Origin: the human T2T-CHM13v2.0 reference genome, Homo sapiens
Strand: one strand, 5' to 3'
Assembly: GCF_009914755.1 (NCBI RefSeq)
Contig: NC_060930.1
DNA: 64,000 nt
Part shown: in pieces, positions 1 through 18,156 of the stretch
Layout: every line of letters starts with the position of its first letter
How positions within the stretch are numbered: the stretch's first letter is position 1
The notes under the pieces: generated by a model
What the model was told of the DNA's origin: nothing
What the model saw: only the letters and a program-made list of their open reading frames with translations
The model's database searches: none
Program-made: the position numbers and the translations under genes

Positions 1-664
<664 letters not shown>

Positions 665-699
665 CCATCATTGGAACATGTTTCTGTTCATATCTACTA

Positions 700-1290
700 C
701 CCACAAATGTAAGGCCTTTTCCTTTTAACTAAGCACTTATCACCGTCTGTACCTATAACTTTTGCAGTTTGAGATACAACAGCAAAACTAGCATGAAATT
801 CTTTTTCCTTCTTCACAGTTTCACAGATATATTTGTTCTTACCATAGATCTTAGCAACCTTGACATACAATTTTTTCTTTCCTTATTGAGAACTTTCACC
901 TTTTCACTCAAAGGAAGTACTTCGTGGTTTCTGTTTGGCGTATCTGAATTACCAACACCATTACTCTTGCACTTTAAGACCATCATTAAGTAAAAGGGTT
1001 ACTTGAACACATGCACTGCAATACCACAACCATCAATCTAATAACTGAGAAGACTACTACATGACTAATGAGCAGGTACCATATGCAGTGTGAAAATACT
1101 GGACAAAGAGATGATTCATCTCCCAAATGAAAAGTCATGAGATTTCATCGTGCTATTCAGAGTGTCCCGTATTTTAAAACTTAGGAATTGTTTATTTCTG
1201 AATTTTCCATTTTATATTTCCGGAGCGCAGTTGAGCACAGGTAACTGAAACCATGGAAAGTGAAATCTCTAATAATGGGGGAACTTCTGT
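700..1290. mobile_element. Tigger2/MER8-family DNA transposon fragment
   Basis: Tigger2-like body and terminal ...gtaactgaaaccatggaaagtgaaa...gggggaacttctgTA. Confidence 0.75.
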
Positions 1291-1388
1291 ATTCCATATT
1301 ACAAAATCTATTGTCTAAAACTATTAAAGACACCAAAGGCAGCCTAATTTATCCATGTGATTTAACAAAAACAGATCAGATGCTTAAA

Positions 1389-1672
1389 TTTTTTTTTTTT
1401 TTTTGAGATGGAGTTTCACTCTTGTCATCCAGGCTGGAGTGTAATGGTGTGATCTTGCTCACTGCAACCTCCACCTCCTGGGTTCAAGCTATTCTCCTGC
1501 CTCAGCCACCCAAGTAGCTGGGATTACAGGCGCCTGTCACCATGCCTGGCTAACTTTTAGAGACGGTGTTTCACCATGTTGGCCAGACTGGTCTCAAACT
1601 CCTGACTTCAGGTGATCCGCCCACCTTGCCTCTGAAAGTGCTGGGATTACAGACATGAGCCACCGTGCTCAG
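1389..1672 (-). mobile_element. Alu
   Basis: Poly-T followed by antisense Alu dimer. Confidence 0.92.
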
Positions 1673-2564
1673 CTCTCTAAATTTTTTTTCAAATAGGCCA
1701 ATTTATTGATAACAGTAGATAAAAAGCAAATAGCACCACATTCCTATTCCCCTAGTCTTTCATGCCTCGCCTCAGAGTGTACTGTTCTCCCAGTCCAAAT
1801 AGTCTCTCCCCTTCAAGGCACATATGACTGGCTACTGACACAGTGTTAATGGCTCCTCCAGGACCATAGCTTGTCTATAGGCTGTCCATAAAACCTTTTC
1901 TGGAAAAGGAGCTGGAGAGCTAAAGTAGGGTCTATAGATACAATTCAAATTCTACATAATGCACCCTAGACTGCTGCTTTCTATCCAAAATAGGCACTTG
2001 TCCCACTCATCCAAGTCTCCTACCTAAGAAGCAATGGCCTTTGCATAATAAAGACCCATTTATGGAACCAAATACCTAACTGTGTTATCTTGCTTAGGAT
2101 GACAAAGTTCAGCAATATTTGGAAAATAAATTACTTCCATGAGTATGAAGTCCTGATGAGTACAAAATGTTTTCTAGCTCACTATATAATACATTCTACA
2201 TTCCCATCCAAAACATTCCAAGCTAAATTGTAACTTTTGCTTGTCCTTTTCCCAAGAGGAGATAATCATAAACAATATTGCCAAAGGAATTCCCATTAAA
2301 CTCCTGACACATCTGCCCTTTCCTGTCTCCAAATGAAATGATCTCATAGAAACTTACATCTTCAATTTGTCACATTACAAATAATTGTTGGTATCTATTC
2401 TTAATATTATACTGTCTGCTTTTCCTTTTTCAGTTACAAATTTTATTACATAGTGCTAATATATTTGCTGCGTCTTTTTAGCAAGATTTAAAAGAAAATG
2501 ATTTATGTTTCATTGATACAGAGTATATAATCAATCCTTTAAAAAATTATTTTTAATTTCTTCC

Positions 2565-4516
<1,952 letters not shown>

Positions 4517-5603
4517 CAATATCTTTGATGAACACAGGTGCAAAAATGCTCAGCAAAATAGTAGCTAACCAAATCCAACAGCATATCAGAAAGATAATAC
4601 ACCATGATCAAGTAAGTTTCATACCAGGGATGCAGGGATAATTTAGCATATGCAAGTCAATAAATGTGATACATCACATACACAGAGTTAAAAACAGAAA
4701 TCATATGATCATCTCAACAGATACAGAAAAAGCATTTGGCAAAATCCAGCATCATTTTATGATTAAAACCCTCGGCAAAATTAGCACAAAAGGGACATAT
4801 CTCAAGGTAATAAAAGCCATCTATGACAATCCCACAGCCAACATTATACTGAATGGGGAAAAATTGAAAGCATTTCCCCTGAGAACTGGAACAAGACAAG
4901 GATCCTCATTTTCGCTACTTTTACTCGACATCGTACTGGAAGTCCTAGCCAGAGCAATCAGACAAGAGAAAAATAAAGGGCATTCAAATTGGTAAAGAGG
5001 AAATCAAACTGTTGCTGTTCACCAGTGATATGATCGTATACCCAGAAAATGCTAAAGACCCATCCAAAAAGCTCCTAGATCTGATAAACGAATTCAGTAA
5101 AATTTCAGGATACAAAATGAACATACACAAATCAGTATTATTGCTATACACCAACAAGGACAAGGCTGAGAAACAAATCAAGAATTCAATCCTTTTTACA
5201 ACAGCTGCAAAAAATAAAAATAAAATAAAATACTTAGGCACACACCTAACCAAATAAGTGAAATATCTCTACAAGGAAAACTACAAAACACTGCTGAAAG
5301 ACATCATCAACCACACAAACAAATGGAAACACATCCCATGCTCATAGATGGGTAGAATCAATATTCTGAAAAATGACCATACTGCCAAAAGCAATCTACA
5401 GATTCAATGTAATTCCCATCAAAGTACCACCATCATTCTTCACAGAACTAGAAAAAAAAATCCTAAAATTCATGTGAAACCAAAAAAGACCCCACGTAGC
5501 CAAAGCAAGACTAAGCAAAAAGAACAAATCTGGAGGCATTACATTATCCAACTTCAAACTATACTACAAAGCTATAGTTACCAAAACAGCATGGTACTGG
5601 TAT
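4517..5603 (+). mobile_element. L1PB-type LINE-1, inverted segment (ORF2 reverse-transcriptase region, frameshifted)
   Basis: ORF fragments 4666-4995, 5012-5257 (LFTSDMIVY = degenerate LFADDMIVY) and 5348-5644 are L1 ORF2. Confidence 0.92.
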
Positions 5604-5785
5604 ATACTACCTGCTTTTCTAATACATTGAAACCAGTGTTGTAGTACATCCCTATATTATAGGTTTAATAGTTACCATGTAAGTTCAATACCTTCAGTAA
5701 ACCAAACTTTCCAATATAGTTTTTACATGCATATAACATAATATTAAGACAAATCTAAATTTTTCACAATTATTTGCTAGATAAA

Positions 5786-6256
5786 TGTGGAGTCCTAACT
5801 GGGAGGAGGTGGGGGCACAGAGTCAGGCTGGTGGGACCAGGGTAAAGCAAAAAGAAGAAGCAAATAAGCTACAATACAATTCTGCCTTTCTTCATGGTCC
5901 AGGACACATAGCTGTCCTCTGCAAACAACTCACAACCTTCCTGTGACCAGTTATCACTAGACCCTCAGCTGACAGAAAAATTGTTAAGTTAGCTCACTGC
6001 AACCTTGGCATTGATACTGCACAAAGCCCTCTTCAGCACAGAGCACAAGCTCCATTCTATAAAATCCTGTAAAATTTCCAGCAGGCCTTTGTCTCTTCGC
6101 AGTTAGCTCTTCTCTTGCTGACTTGCCTGTTGCTTTCTTGCAATGTATTTTCATACTTTCTGTAATAAATCTGTCTTTATTTATCTACAACTGTCTTGGT
6201 AAATTTTTCTTAACCCTACGTTACCAGCCCCAGATAGTCACTGTTCATTCACCAGA
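5786..6256 (+). mobile_element. Solo LTR, LTR47-like (ERVL)
   Basis: Starts TGTGGAGTCCTAA; TATAAAA and AATAAA present; 5-bp imperfect TSD ataaa/gtaaa. Confidence 0.75.
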
Positions 6257-6276
6257 GTAAAGATATCACATGACTT

Positions 6277-6544
6277 GGCCAGGCACGGTGGCTCATCCCT
6301 GTAATCTCAACACTTTGGGAGGCTGAGGCGGGTGGATCGCTTGAGGGCAGGAACTCGAGACCAGCCTGGCCAACGTGGTGAAATACTGTCTCTACTAAAA
6401 ATACAAAAATTAGCTGAGCATGGTGGTGTGCACCTGTAATTCAAGCTACTCAGGAGGCTGAGGCAGGAGAATCGCTTAGACTGGAGGCGGAGGTTGTAGT
6501 GAGCAGAGATGGCAAGACTCTGTCTCAAAAAAAAAAAAAAAAAA
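6277..6544 (+). mobile_element. AluS with internal deletion
   Basis: TSD atcacatgactt. Confidence 0.92.
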
Positions 6545-6635
6545 TCACATGACTTAATTCAAATAGCTATTGATTATTAGATAGAGACATATGAAAGTAC
6601 CAACATTTGATCATTTTGACCTACAAAAACAGCCA

Positions 6636-6803
6636 TGTCCAGGTATGGTGGCTCACAGCTGTAATCCCAGCACTTTGGGAGGCTGAGGCAGGAGTATTGC
6701 TTGAGCCCAAGAGTTCAAGGCTGCAGTGAACTATGACTACATCACTGCACTCCAGCCTAGGTGACAGAGCAAGACCCTGTCTTTAAAATTAATTAATTAA
6801 AAA
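6636..6803 (+). mobile_element. Alu monomer (FRAM/FAM-like)
   Basis: Single-arm Alu. Confidence 0.8.
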
Positions 6804-6880
6804 TAGCAATCATTTGATTCCATCTTATTTCATAGTGATTTTAAAATAGTATACACAAACCAAATAATAATAAAAGAGAA

Positions 6881-7875
6881 TGGAGGAGGCAGTCACCACA
6901 GCAACATCAGCACTGCCACTAGCTCGCAGAGCTCCAGCCAAAGGAGAAGTGGGGTAAGTAAGAAGGTACCATAGCTCATACAAAGCAAACTGCCTGCAAA
7001 TCGACCAGTGACAACGCACCCAGAAAGCAAATGGCTAAAAAAGCCACTCGAGAGGGAGTGTACCCTCTACTTAAAGGGTGAAGAAACCTCATCATTATAG
7101 GCCTGGTACTGTGGCACTCCTTGAAATTAGACATTAACAGAAGTCCCTTGAACTTATGATTTGCCAAATTCCCTTACACCATCAGCATGAGAACTAGCTC
7201 AGAACTTTAAAACAGATCTGCACTTCCAGAGCACAGCTATTGGTGTTTTGCAGGAGGCAAGTGAAGCCCATCTGGTTGGCCTTTTTGAAGACACCAAATT
7301 GTGTGCTATCCATGTGTAACAAATTATGCCAAAAGACATCCAGGTAGCATGCTGCACATGTGGAAAAGTGCTTAAGAATCCACTACGACGGGAAACATTC
7401 ACTCTAAAAAAATTATCTTCTTCCTGTTGTTGGTAGTTCTGAACATTATATTTTTTCCTTGGGGTCAAAATGTACTTAAATATATGATTGTGAGTGGATA
7501 AACAGGGGACAGAAAACAGGTATTGGCAGTTTTTCCATTTTCATTTGTGTGTGAATTTTTAGTATAAATGCCAGGGATGTAAAGCATTAATGCAAGTCAA
7601 AATGTTTCAGTGAACAAGTTTCAGTGTTTCAACTTTATAATAGTTATAAATAAACCTGTCAAAATTTTCTGGACAGTGCCAGCATTTTTAAAACAAGTAA
7701 ATTGCTTATTGATGGCAACTAAAGGGTGTTTGCTGCAAATTTATCATACAGTAGATTCCATCCATTCACTTTTCTAACTGAATTGTCCCACAGGCAAGTA
7801 CATATTTTTAATGTTGCCTGTCTTCTGTGCTATCCCTGCAAGTTTGCTATCAAAATACATTAAACTACAAAAAAG
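6881..7875 (+). pseudogene. H3P27: Processed pseudogene of histone H3.3 (parent H3F3A/H3-3A)
   Basis: Intronless H3F3A 5'UTR, CDS remnant (start mutated to ATA at 6971, stop TAA 7373-7375, H3.3-type ...AIG... motif, indels), H3F3A-like 3'UTR, ATTAAA at 7859-7864 and short A tail. Parent assignment is firm; the symbol is from memory of this locus and is tentative. Confidence 0.93.
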
Positions 7876-8061
7876 AAAGAGAGAAGACATGAACCAACTG
7901 TTTTTATCTAGAATTAGATTTTGACTGATACATAAAATGTTTTTCCTACTTTCAAGATTATAGAACACGTATGGTTTTCACATCTAGAATTTTAAAAACT
8001 TAATGATGGGCAAGGCCTGAAAAATGAGGAAATTTACACAAAATATGAAAGTCCAAAATGA

Positions 8062-8409
8062 CTCCCTCCCTCCCCTCCCCTCCCCTCCCCTCTTCTCTTC
8101 TCCTCTCCTCTCCTGTCCTTTTTCTTTTCTCTTCTCTTTTCTTTTCTTTTCTTTTCCTTTTCTTTTTTCTTTTCAGACAGAGTTTCCCTCCATCACCCAG
8201 ACTGGAGTTCATTGGTGCTGGGAGGCTCACTTCAACCTCTGCCTTGTGGGCTCATGTAGCTGGGATTACAGGCTTGTGCCACCATGCCTGGCTAATTTTT
8301 GTATTTTTAGTAGAGATCAGGTTTCACAATGTTGGCCAGGCTGATCTCGAACTTCTGCCTCGGCCTCCCAAAGTGCCAAGATTACAGGCATGAGGCACTG
8401 CACCTGGCC
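8062..8409 (-). mobile_element. Alu with expanded CT-rich tail (8062-8173)
   Basis: Antisense Alu preceded by pyrimidine-rich low-complexity tract. Confidence 0.85.
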
Positions 8410-8601
8410 AATGATCATATTTTCATTAGAAAAGGTGTACTTTTTTTAAAGAAAGGTACGATAATACTGTCAAACTTTGGAGTTTCAGAGAAAACATCTA
8501 AACTGTTCTTTATTTGTTAGTTTAACATTATTTGAAAATACTGAAAAATACTAGAAAGAAAGTAATTTCTTCCAAACTAAAATTCCATAAAAAAGAAGAC
8601 A

Positions 8602-8906
8602 AGCTGGGCACGGTGGCTCACGCCTGTAATCCCAGCTCTTTGGGAGGCCGAGGCAGACGGATCACTTGAAGTCAGGAGTTCGAGACCAGCCTGGCCAACA
8701 TGTTGAAACCCCGCCTCTACTAAAAATACAAAAATTAGCTGGGCATGGTGGCATGTGCCTGTAATCCTCGCTACTGGGGAGGCTGAGGCACGAGAATCGC
8801 CTGAACCCAGGAAGTGGAGGTTGTAGTGAGCCGAGATTGCACCATTGCACTCCAGCCTAGGCAACAGAGTGAGACTCCGTCTCAAAAAAAAAAAAAAAGA
8901 AAAAAG
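8602..8906 (+). mobile_element. AluS
   Basis: Full dimer; aaaaagaagacaa-like TSD. Confidence 0.92.
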
Positions 8907-9081
8907 ACAAAGTCATCCACACCTTCTAATTCCTTTCTTCTGACATAGCTATGCCACACAGATTAGCTATATATACTTATAAATCATATTTATGCAAATG
9001 ATATAAAATTGGCCTGTATCCAGTGTGATGGCTCTGATGAAAAAAAGATGGCCTATAACTTGTTTTTTCTTTTTCTATTAA

Positions 9082-9208
9082 TTTTTTTTTTTTAGAGTTG
9101 GGGGTCTCACTATGTTGCCCAGCCTGGGCTTGAACTCCTGGCCTCAAGCAATCCTCCTACCTCAGCCTCCTGAGTAGTTGGGACTACAGGTGTGTGCCAC
9201 CACAGCCT
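9082..9208 (-). mobile_element. FLAM-type Alu monomer
   Basis: Antisense left monomer. Confidence 0.8.
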
Positions 9209-9253
9209 TGTTTTTAATTCTTAATTAATCATGGATGCTTTCCTGATCAGTAC

Positions 9254-9727
9254 TGTCAACCTAAATAACAAAGAGCAGAGATGCTATAAAAGATATTTAT
9301 TTTGGGGCTACAGCATTGCAATGAGAATATGTGTGCCATAGTAAATTATGTGCATATTCAGGGAGGTAAAGGAAGGCAAAGGTTTTTAAGGGAAAAAATG
9401 AGGAGGATCACAGAATTGTTTTGACATCATTATCCTTGGCTATAAAGATCAATAACAAGTGTGACGTTGGTGCAGGGTTGGAAAGGCAGTTGTTGGGCAG
9501 ATGTCCCTGCAGAAGTATTTCTTGTGTAAGGCTGCAATGGATTTTATGAAAGATTGTGGTTTTTACAGAGTCTTTGTGATAGTTTTTATTATCAGGCATA
9601 TAAGCATGAGAGCCTTTTCTTTATGATGTTCCCCAGCTCTATTTGTCAGTGGGTTTTGGTTTTGTTTTTTTTTTTTTATTTGTTTTTTTGACATCAGTAA
9701 CTTCATTTTGGTTCTGACAACATCCAT
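9254..9727 (-). mobile_element. MER65-like ERV1 3' LTR
   Basis: Reverse complement resembles the MER65 start (..GTTGTCAGAAnCAAAATG..); polypurine tract (minus-strand AAAAGAGGAAAA) directly inside it at 9728-9740. Confidence 0.75.
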
Positions 9728-10343
9728 ATTTTCCTCTTTTCATCAAGATCTTTCTCCAAAAGCATCACTGATTAAACATCCTGTAGTTAGGTTTTGATGT
9801 TCCTCAGTACAGAATAGACCTGTCCTCGTTATTGGTCTTGTCTTACATTATAAGGAGTAATTGGCAACTAGGAGTCAGTGTCAAAACTCTTTTAGCCATG
9901 TTTGAGCAACAAAGGAGGTTTAAAGGGAGTAGCTCTAAGGCTAAGTCTACCTGAAGTCCATTAATAAGTTCTGTTCTGTGGTCTTTTGTTTTCATCTCAA
10001 AGTGCTGGGTCAGCATTATTTTGTTAGGAGTTGTACTTCCACAAAAATTGTAGAGTTAACATATACAAAGTTTAGAAAGGGAAAAGACAAAGTAAAATTA
10101 ATAGTAATATGACTATTCTAATTTGTATAATTATTTTGAGCCATTAATCTAGGCTTAAAGATAACCAATTGAATAAATTAAATGACTATAGGGAATTAGG
10201 CGAGACCTATTGTAACCAGGCAAACTACTTTCTTACTTTGTGTGTATGGGTCTCAACTTTTCCAGAGGAATTTATCCAGGTATAGCACATAGTATTACCA
10301 ATAGCACAGACATTTTCTTATTTAACCAATGGATACTAAACAA

Positions 10344-10743
<400 letters not shown>

Positions 10744-11344
10744 TAAAAGGTAGCATTAAGAGGGGTAAGAGTCTAATTATGATATGGAGTCTTGCTTCAA
10801 TGTCTTGAGAAAAGCTATCTACAGAGTGAAAACATCAACTGCCGCTCCTGGTTTGTAATTTGAAAGTCTCTGGTCATGACACCAAGTGGTTTGGTAAACC
10901 TTTTGTGTGGCCCATACATCAGGCATGAGGTTTGTTTCTTAAATTTCATCTAGTTTTGACTTATAGGGATTTAGGAACAAAGAAGCTTACTGCCAATTAT
11001 TGAAGGAAATTAGGAGAATTCAAGATCTGATCTAGTCTACAGGTAGATAACAAGAACTTGAAAAACAATGCACAGGGCTACTATCTAGTAACAGCCGTAT
11101 TATATTTCTTTAGAAATATAACTTTTTCTCTCTACGTTGATCATTAGGAATCTCAGACTTAAAAACTTCTTGAGCATGGGAAGCCAAACCAAGGCAGACT
11201 TTAGACTTTATTTCAGTCTTAAGGTTCTTGCGTCTGCCAAGAAGTGACAATTTTTATTCACTCACTGTAAGGCTAGAAACTACTAAAGCCAGACATTTTG
11301 TGCACACTCTTAAATACAACATTTTATTCAAAGACTTGGTAAAA

Positions 11345-11680
11345 GGCTAGGGGCATTGGCTCACACCTGTAATCCCAGAAACTTGGGAGGCCAAGGCAGG
11401 AGGATCCTGGATAACTTGAGGCCAGGAATTTGAGACCAACCTGGGCAATATAGTGAGACCCCACCTCTACCAAAAAAAATTTTGTTTTTAATTAGCCAAG
11501 CATGGTGGTACACACCTGTAGTCCTGGCCACTTAGGAGGCTGAGGCAGGAGTTTCACTTGAGCCCAGGAGCTTGAGATCACAGTGAGCTTTGATCATGCC
11601 GCTGCACTCCAGCCTAGATAACAGAGTGAGACTCTGTCTCTAAAGAAACAAATAAACAAAAATGCAAACACACAAAAAAA
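11345..11680 (+). mobile_element. AluJ-like
   Basis: Full dimer; aaagacttggt duplicated on both flanks. Confidence 0.9.
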
Positions 11681-12254
11681 GACTTGGTTAAAAAAAAAAA
11701 ATCAGTGTTTCCAATCACATCCCATTTATGGAGAGAGAGCAAATTTTTATTGAACTTATGTAAATAAAGAATACTCATAAGAATTTGCCACTTTTGGGAA
11801 GAATCAAGTAAGGGAAAAAAGCAAAGGTGTTTCCATCTTTATTAAAAGTATACTTTACCAAATTCTTGTAAACTATAAATAGCTTAGGAGAAAAAAAGTT
11901 CTTAAATCTGAAAAACAAAACATTTAAATAAAGAACCAACAATGGTTTAAATAAGTCATAAAAACATTATCAATTACTTAATTTCATGTAACTAATTTAT
12001 CGTTTTGCTTGATCTTGATTAGCAGTTTTATGAACCTATAAATTTCCTTATTAGAGTTCTGAAGATTTTTATTTCATTCATTGATCTTAAAGTTATCAGA
12101 AATCTGTGTTCAAGACTACTTGTTAGAGTCTTTCCATGCAAAGCCATTTTGGACTATAGCTGATTGCAAATGCTTTTAGAGAAGACTTCAAAGCAATAAC
12201 TGTGGATGACAGAAACTTAGAATAGTCATGGTTAAAAATCTGATGAAAGTTCCT

Positions 12255-12562
12255 GGCCAGGCACAGTGGTTCACACCTGTAATCCCAGCACTTTGGGAGG
12301 TTGAGGTGGGCAGATTGCTTGAGCCCAGGAGTTTGAGACCAGCCTGGGCAACATGGTGAAACCCCATCTCTACAAAAAATACAAAAATTAGCTGGGTGTG
12401 ATGGTGTGCAACTATAGTCCCAGCTACTCGAGAGGCTGAGATAGGAGGATTGCTTGCTTGAGCCCAGGAAGCGGAGGCTGCAGTGAGCCAAGATCGCACC
12501 ACTGCACTCCAGCCTGGGCAACAGAGTGAGACCTTGTCTCAAAAAAATAAAAAATAAATAAT
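12255..12562 (+). mobile_element. AluJ-like
   Basis: Full dimer. Confidence 0.9.
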
Positions 12563-12624
12563 TTCCCAATTGACAAGGAAATGTAGTTATTTCCATTACA
12601 TGCAGCATTTTAAGATGACAATCA

Positions 12625-12968
<344 letters not shown>

Positions 12969-13911
12969 TTATAAATTTTATACAACTCTTAGAATACTCA
13001 CATTAATACATACCCACACAAATTTAAGTTTAGGAAAGATTTAACATAGCCACCAAAATTATGACTGTAACATATTTTTATGAATTGATATAATTTTACA
13101 ACATTTATATCAATAGCATAAACATAAATGTAACTGAAGGAATATCTAGTATCACTTATTTTACAATGCTTCCCATACAATTTACCAAATAAGCCTAATT
13201 ATTTAATATATCTAAAAGATAAGAGACACAACTTTGAGGCTCTCCAGGGGCCCAGCTGGAAAATCCCACTGTTAATTTTAAGTAAAAAATATTTAGTTTC
13301 AGATTTTGATGATGTGGGTGGGGGGAGGACCTGCCAAAGATGTTAAAAAGTTCAAAACACCTGATCAAAACAAAATCACAGGTTACTGTAAAATAATAGC
13401 CATTAATTTAACCAGAGTGACAAAAGACTTCAAAAGCAATACAGAAAGTTACATGGATGTAAAAACCTTAACCCTTTTAAAGCTCAGTTTTTCTATGTAG
13501 TCCAAAACCTAATAAAGACAAGATAGGAAATTATCTTGATAAAACGTAAAATCTTTGTTTTTTCAGGCCAGTTACCAAAACGTAAAGAAAAATCTCTTGT
13601 AGTGTGATTGCTTCTCCTTATGGGAAGCCCATTTAGATAATCTGGAAGTCAATGCTGTTGAAAAGGGTACTTGAATTTAATCAGGCACAGGAAGAATGTA
13701 TCTAGGGTTAAGAATATACATTACATTATACAGGAATGTAAACAAGAAAACTAATACCTTGAGTGAGGGAGTACATGGCTCTCACTAACAACATAGGAAG
13801 TTTCCTGATTACATGGAACAATTTAGGCACATCAATAAAAGCCAAGAGCACAGAATTGGGTTATACTGGAGGAACACACTGTGTTTCTAGGCCTTTAAGA
13901 TAAATATTTCA

Positions 13912-13972
13912 GTGCTTGCTTTGACAGCACATATACTAAAGTTGGAATGATACAGAGAAGATTAGCATGGCC
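13912..13972 (+). pseudogene. U6 snRNA retropseudogene, 3'-truncated (about U6 nt 1-61)
   Basis: GTGCTTGCTTTGACAGCACATATACTAAAGTTGGAATGATACAGAGAAGATTAGCATGGCC matches the U6 5' half with CpG-decay changes; ACAGAGA box present; imperfect taaa(ta)tttca duplication on both flanks. Confidence 0.93.
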
Positions 13973-14224
13973 ATAAGCTGCTAAAAAATAATAATTTTTT
14001 TTAAATTTCAGCATCAGACTGTAACAGTAGAGTTGGAAGAAAAAAAAAGTTGCAGAAATTGATGAATAGATTGAAGGAGAAAGTTATCACCTCAGCCAAG
14101 AAAAAAGATACACCTCTTCAAAGGACGAAAGAACAAAGGGCAAGATGTATGACCTGCAAATCACATGTAGCAAGGTACAGCAAAAGTTGAACTTTTTCTT
14201 TTTTAAGTTAACATTGAACTTCTA

Positions 14225-15323
<1,099 letters not shown>

Positions 15324-15783
15324 TTAAAGAAACAGATTTGACAATTAAAAATCAAAACCTCTGGTAATTTTATTAAGAGCAAATGAATACTTAAAGAAAA
15401 TCCTGTTGTTCTAACATAGGGGAGCAAATTTGTTTAGTTTTGTATTAGTGTATTTTTAATATTAAAGCTCAATTTTACAAAGACTCATAAATAATTGCCT
15501 TCTAATTATAGCTAACTTGATCATAAACAAAATTCCTCTCATAAAGTTCGCTTTCACAAACCTTATCACAACTTATTCAGACCACTGATGACATGCTTGA
15601 ATTTTCTGCTTTGTCTTATACTTCTCTTTCTTAACTAGTCATTTTACCTTAGGACAAAAACTTACCATACAAGAATCTTTCTTATACAAAATTATTCTCT
15701 ATTCTTTTTAACCTTCTTTACCAAAAATACATCCTCATATCCATAACTTTTTTCAGTACTAATGGATCTACTTCACTGGCTTA

Positions 15784-16185
<402 letters not shown>

Positions 16186-16337
16186 CATATATACACACAC
16201 ACACACTATATATATATATATCCACTATATATACATACACTATGTATATATATACAGTATATACACTATATATATACACACAGTATATATATACACTATG
16301 TATATATGTATATATATACACTTTATATATATATATA
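16186..16337. repeat. Compound (TA)n/(CA)n microsatellite
   Basis: Direct inspection. Confidence 0.9.
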
Positions 16338-16861
16338 CTTTTTTTTCCCTATACTTAACGTTTGTGTGATTGCTGAAAACGTTGTGGCTCCTTTACACTG
16401 GGGTGGTGAACAATGGTTTGGCAAACTTTGAGGTCATCAAAGCATCTTCTTGAAAAATATGACTTTAGAAAATAGCCAACATTTGTATTAGACTATGCTC
16501 TTCAGAAACAAAAGAATCAGAGAAAGAAAAGCAGTAAGAAATTTACAAATATGTACACATACAAATAGGGAGAAAGATAAAGTAATTATCTCACATGTAT
16601 TTATTTATAATAAAATTATATTTAGAAGAATAGATAAGGAAGCTAGTTATAAAATGAGTCTTTTAACCTCCTAAAGCAAAGGAGTTTAAAGTCCAAAGCT
16701 CAGAGTGCTACTTAATCCTTTTTTGTGTATGTTCTGAAAACTAAAGTTTGTCGACCTGCAGAAGTAATGAAGCAGTTCTGTTTGTAAAGTGAAGCTAATG
16801 AAAAATACAAAATCCTAATCAGATTTAGTTTGGAGTCAGCTTTAAAGAACAGCACTTTCGG

Positions 16862-17169
<308 letters not shown>

Positions 17170-17379
17170 TTAGTGCATTCCTTCTGCTGTTATTAACTGG
17201 AGATAAGAAGTGAAGAAAAAATACCAAGAAAGAAGGCAGCCATCAGCAGACTCAAATAAATAGGGAAAATACAACAATGATGACCTATGAAAGTACCACT
17301 TTTATGCATTATTTCATGTTTAAATACTTGCTTCTAGGTCCATGGATTATATTCTACCTATCATCACCACATTATAATG

Positions 17380-17510
17380 ATAATAAGAGACCATGAACTT
17401 TGGAGTCTAGATGGACTTCAGCTCAAATCCTAGGTCTACAATTTTCTAGCTGAGTCACCTTGGCAAGGTCATTTAACCTTTGAGTCTATGTTCACTTATA
17501 AAATAAGAAT
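17380..17510 (+). mobile_element. MIR
   Basis: tttggagtc..ctcaaatcc..tagctgagtcaccttggcaag..ttaacct core. Confidence 0.65.
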
Positions 17511-17836
<326 letters not shown>

Positions 17837-17914
17837 TTAGGAGATCTGGATAGTATACCTACCAAATCATATTGAGAGTACTGCCTTTACGTAAATAAAA
17901 TAGCTATACTATCC

Positions 17915-18080
17915 TGAAAGTGTGGTTCTCAGATCAGTACCACCTTTGAGCTTATTAGAAATGCAAATTCATGAATCCTACCCAGACCTATGTAATCAGA
18001 TGGTCTGGGATAGGGCCCAGGAAACTGCTTTATAAGCTCTTTAGTTGATTCCTATGCATGTTAAAGTGTGAGAACTACTG
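17915..18080. mobile_element. MER5-family hAT DNA transposon
   Basis: ttagaaatgcaaattc...gggccca...tgagaactactg end. Confidence 0.75.
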
Positions 18081-18156
18081 CCTCGGAGATCAGCTAGAAA
18101 TTATTTCCATGTGATCAATTCCATTAATGAACACGAAAGGATCTAGTGGTCATCTG

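Noticed and set aside
4666-5644. Reverse-transcriptase-like ORFs as an active or novel RT system
   Set aside because: Frameshifted L1 ORF2 fragments with a degenerate catalytic motif (FTSD for FADD); dead element
6951-6965. GTAAGT inside the H3.3 pseudogene as a retained intron
   Set aside because: As I recall, GGGGTAAGTAAGG is part of the mature H3F3A 5'UTR, and it runs straight into the start-codon region
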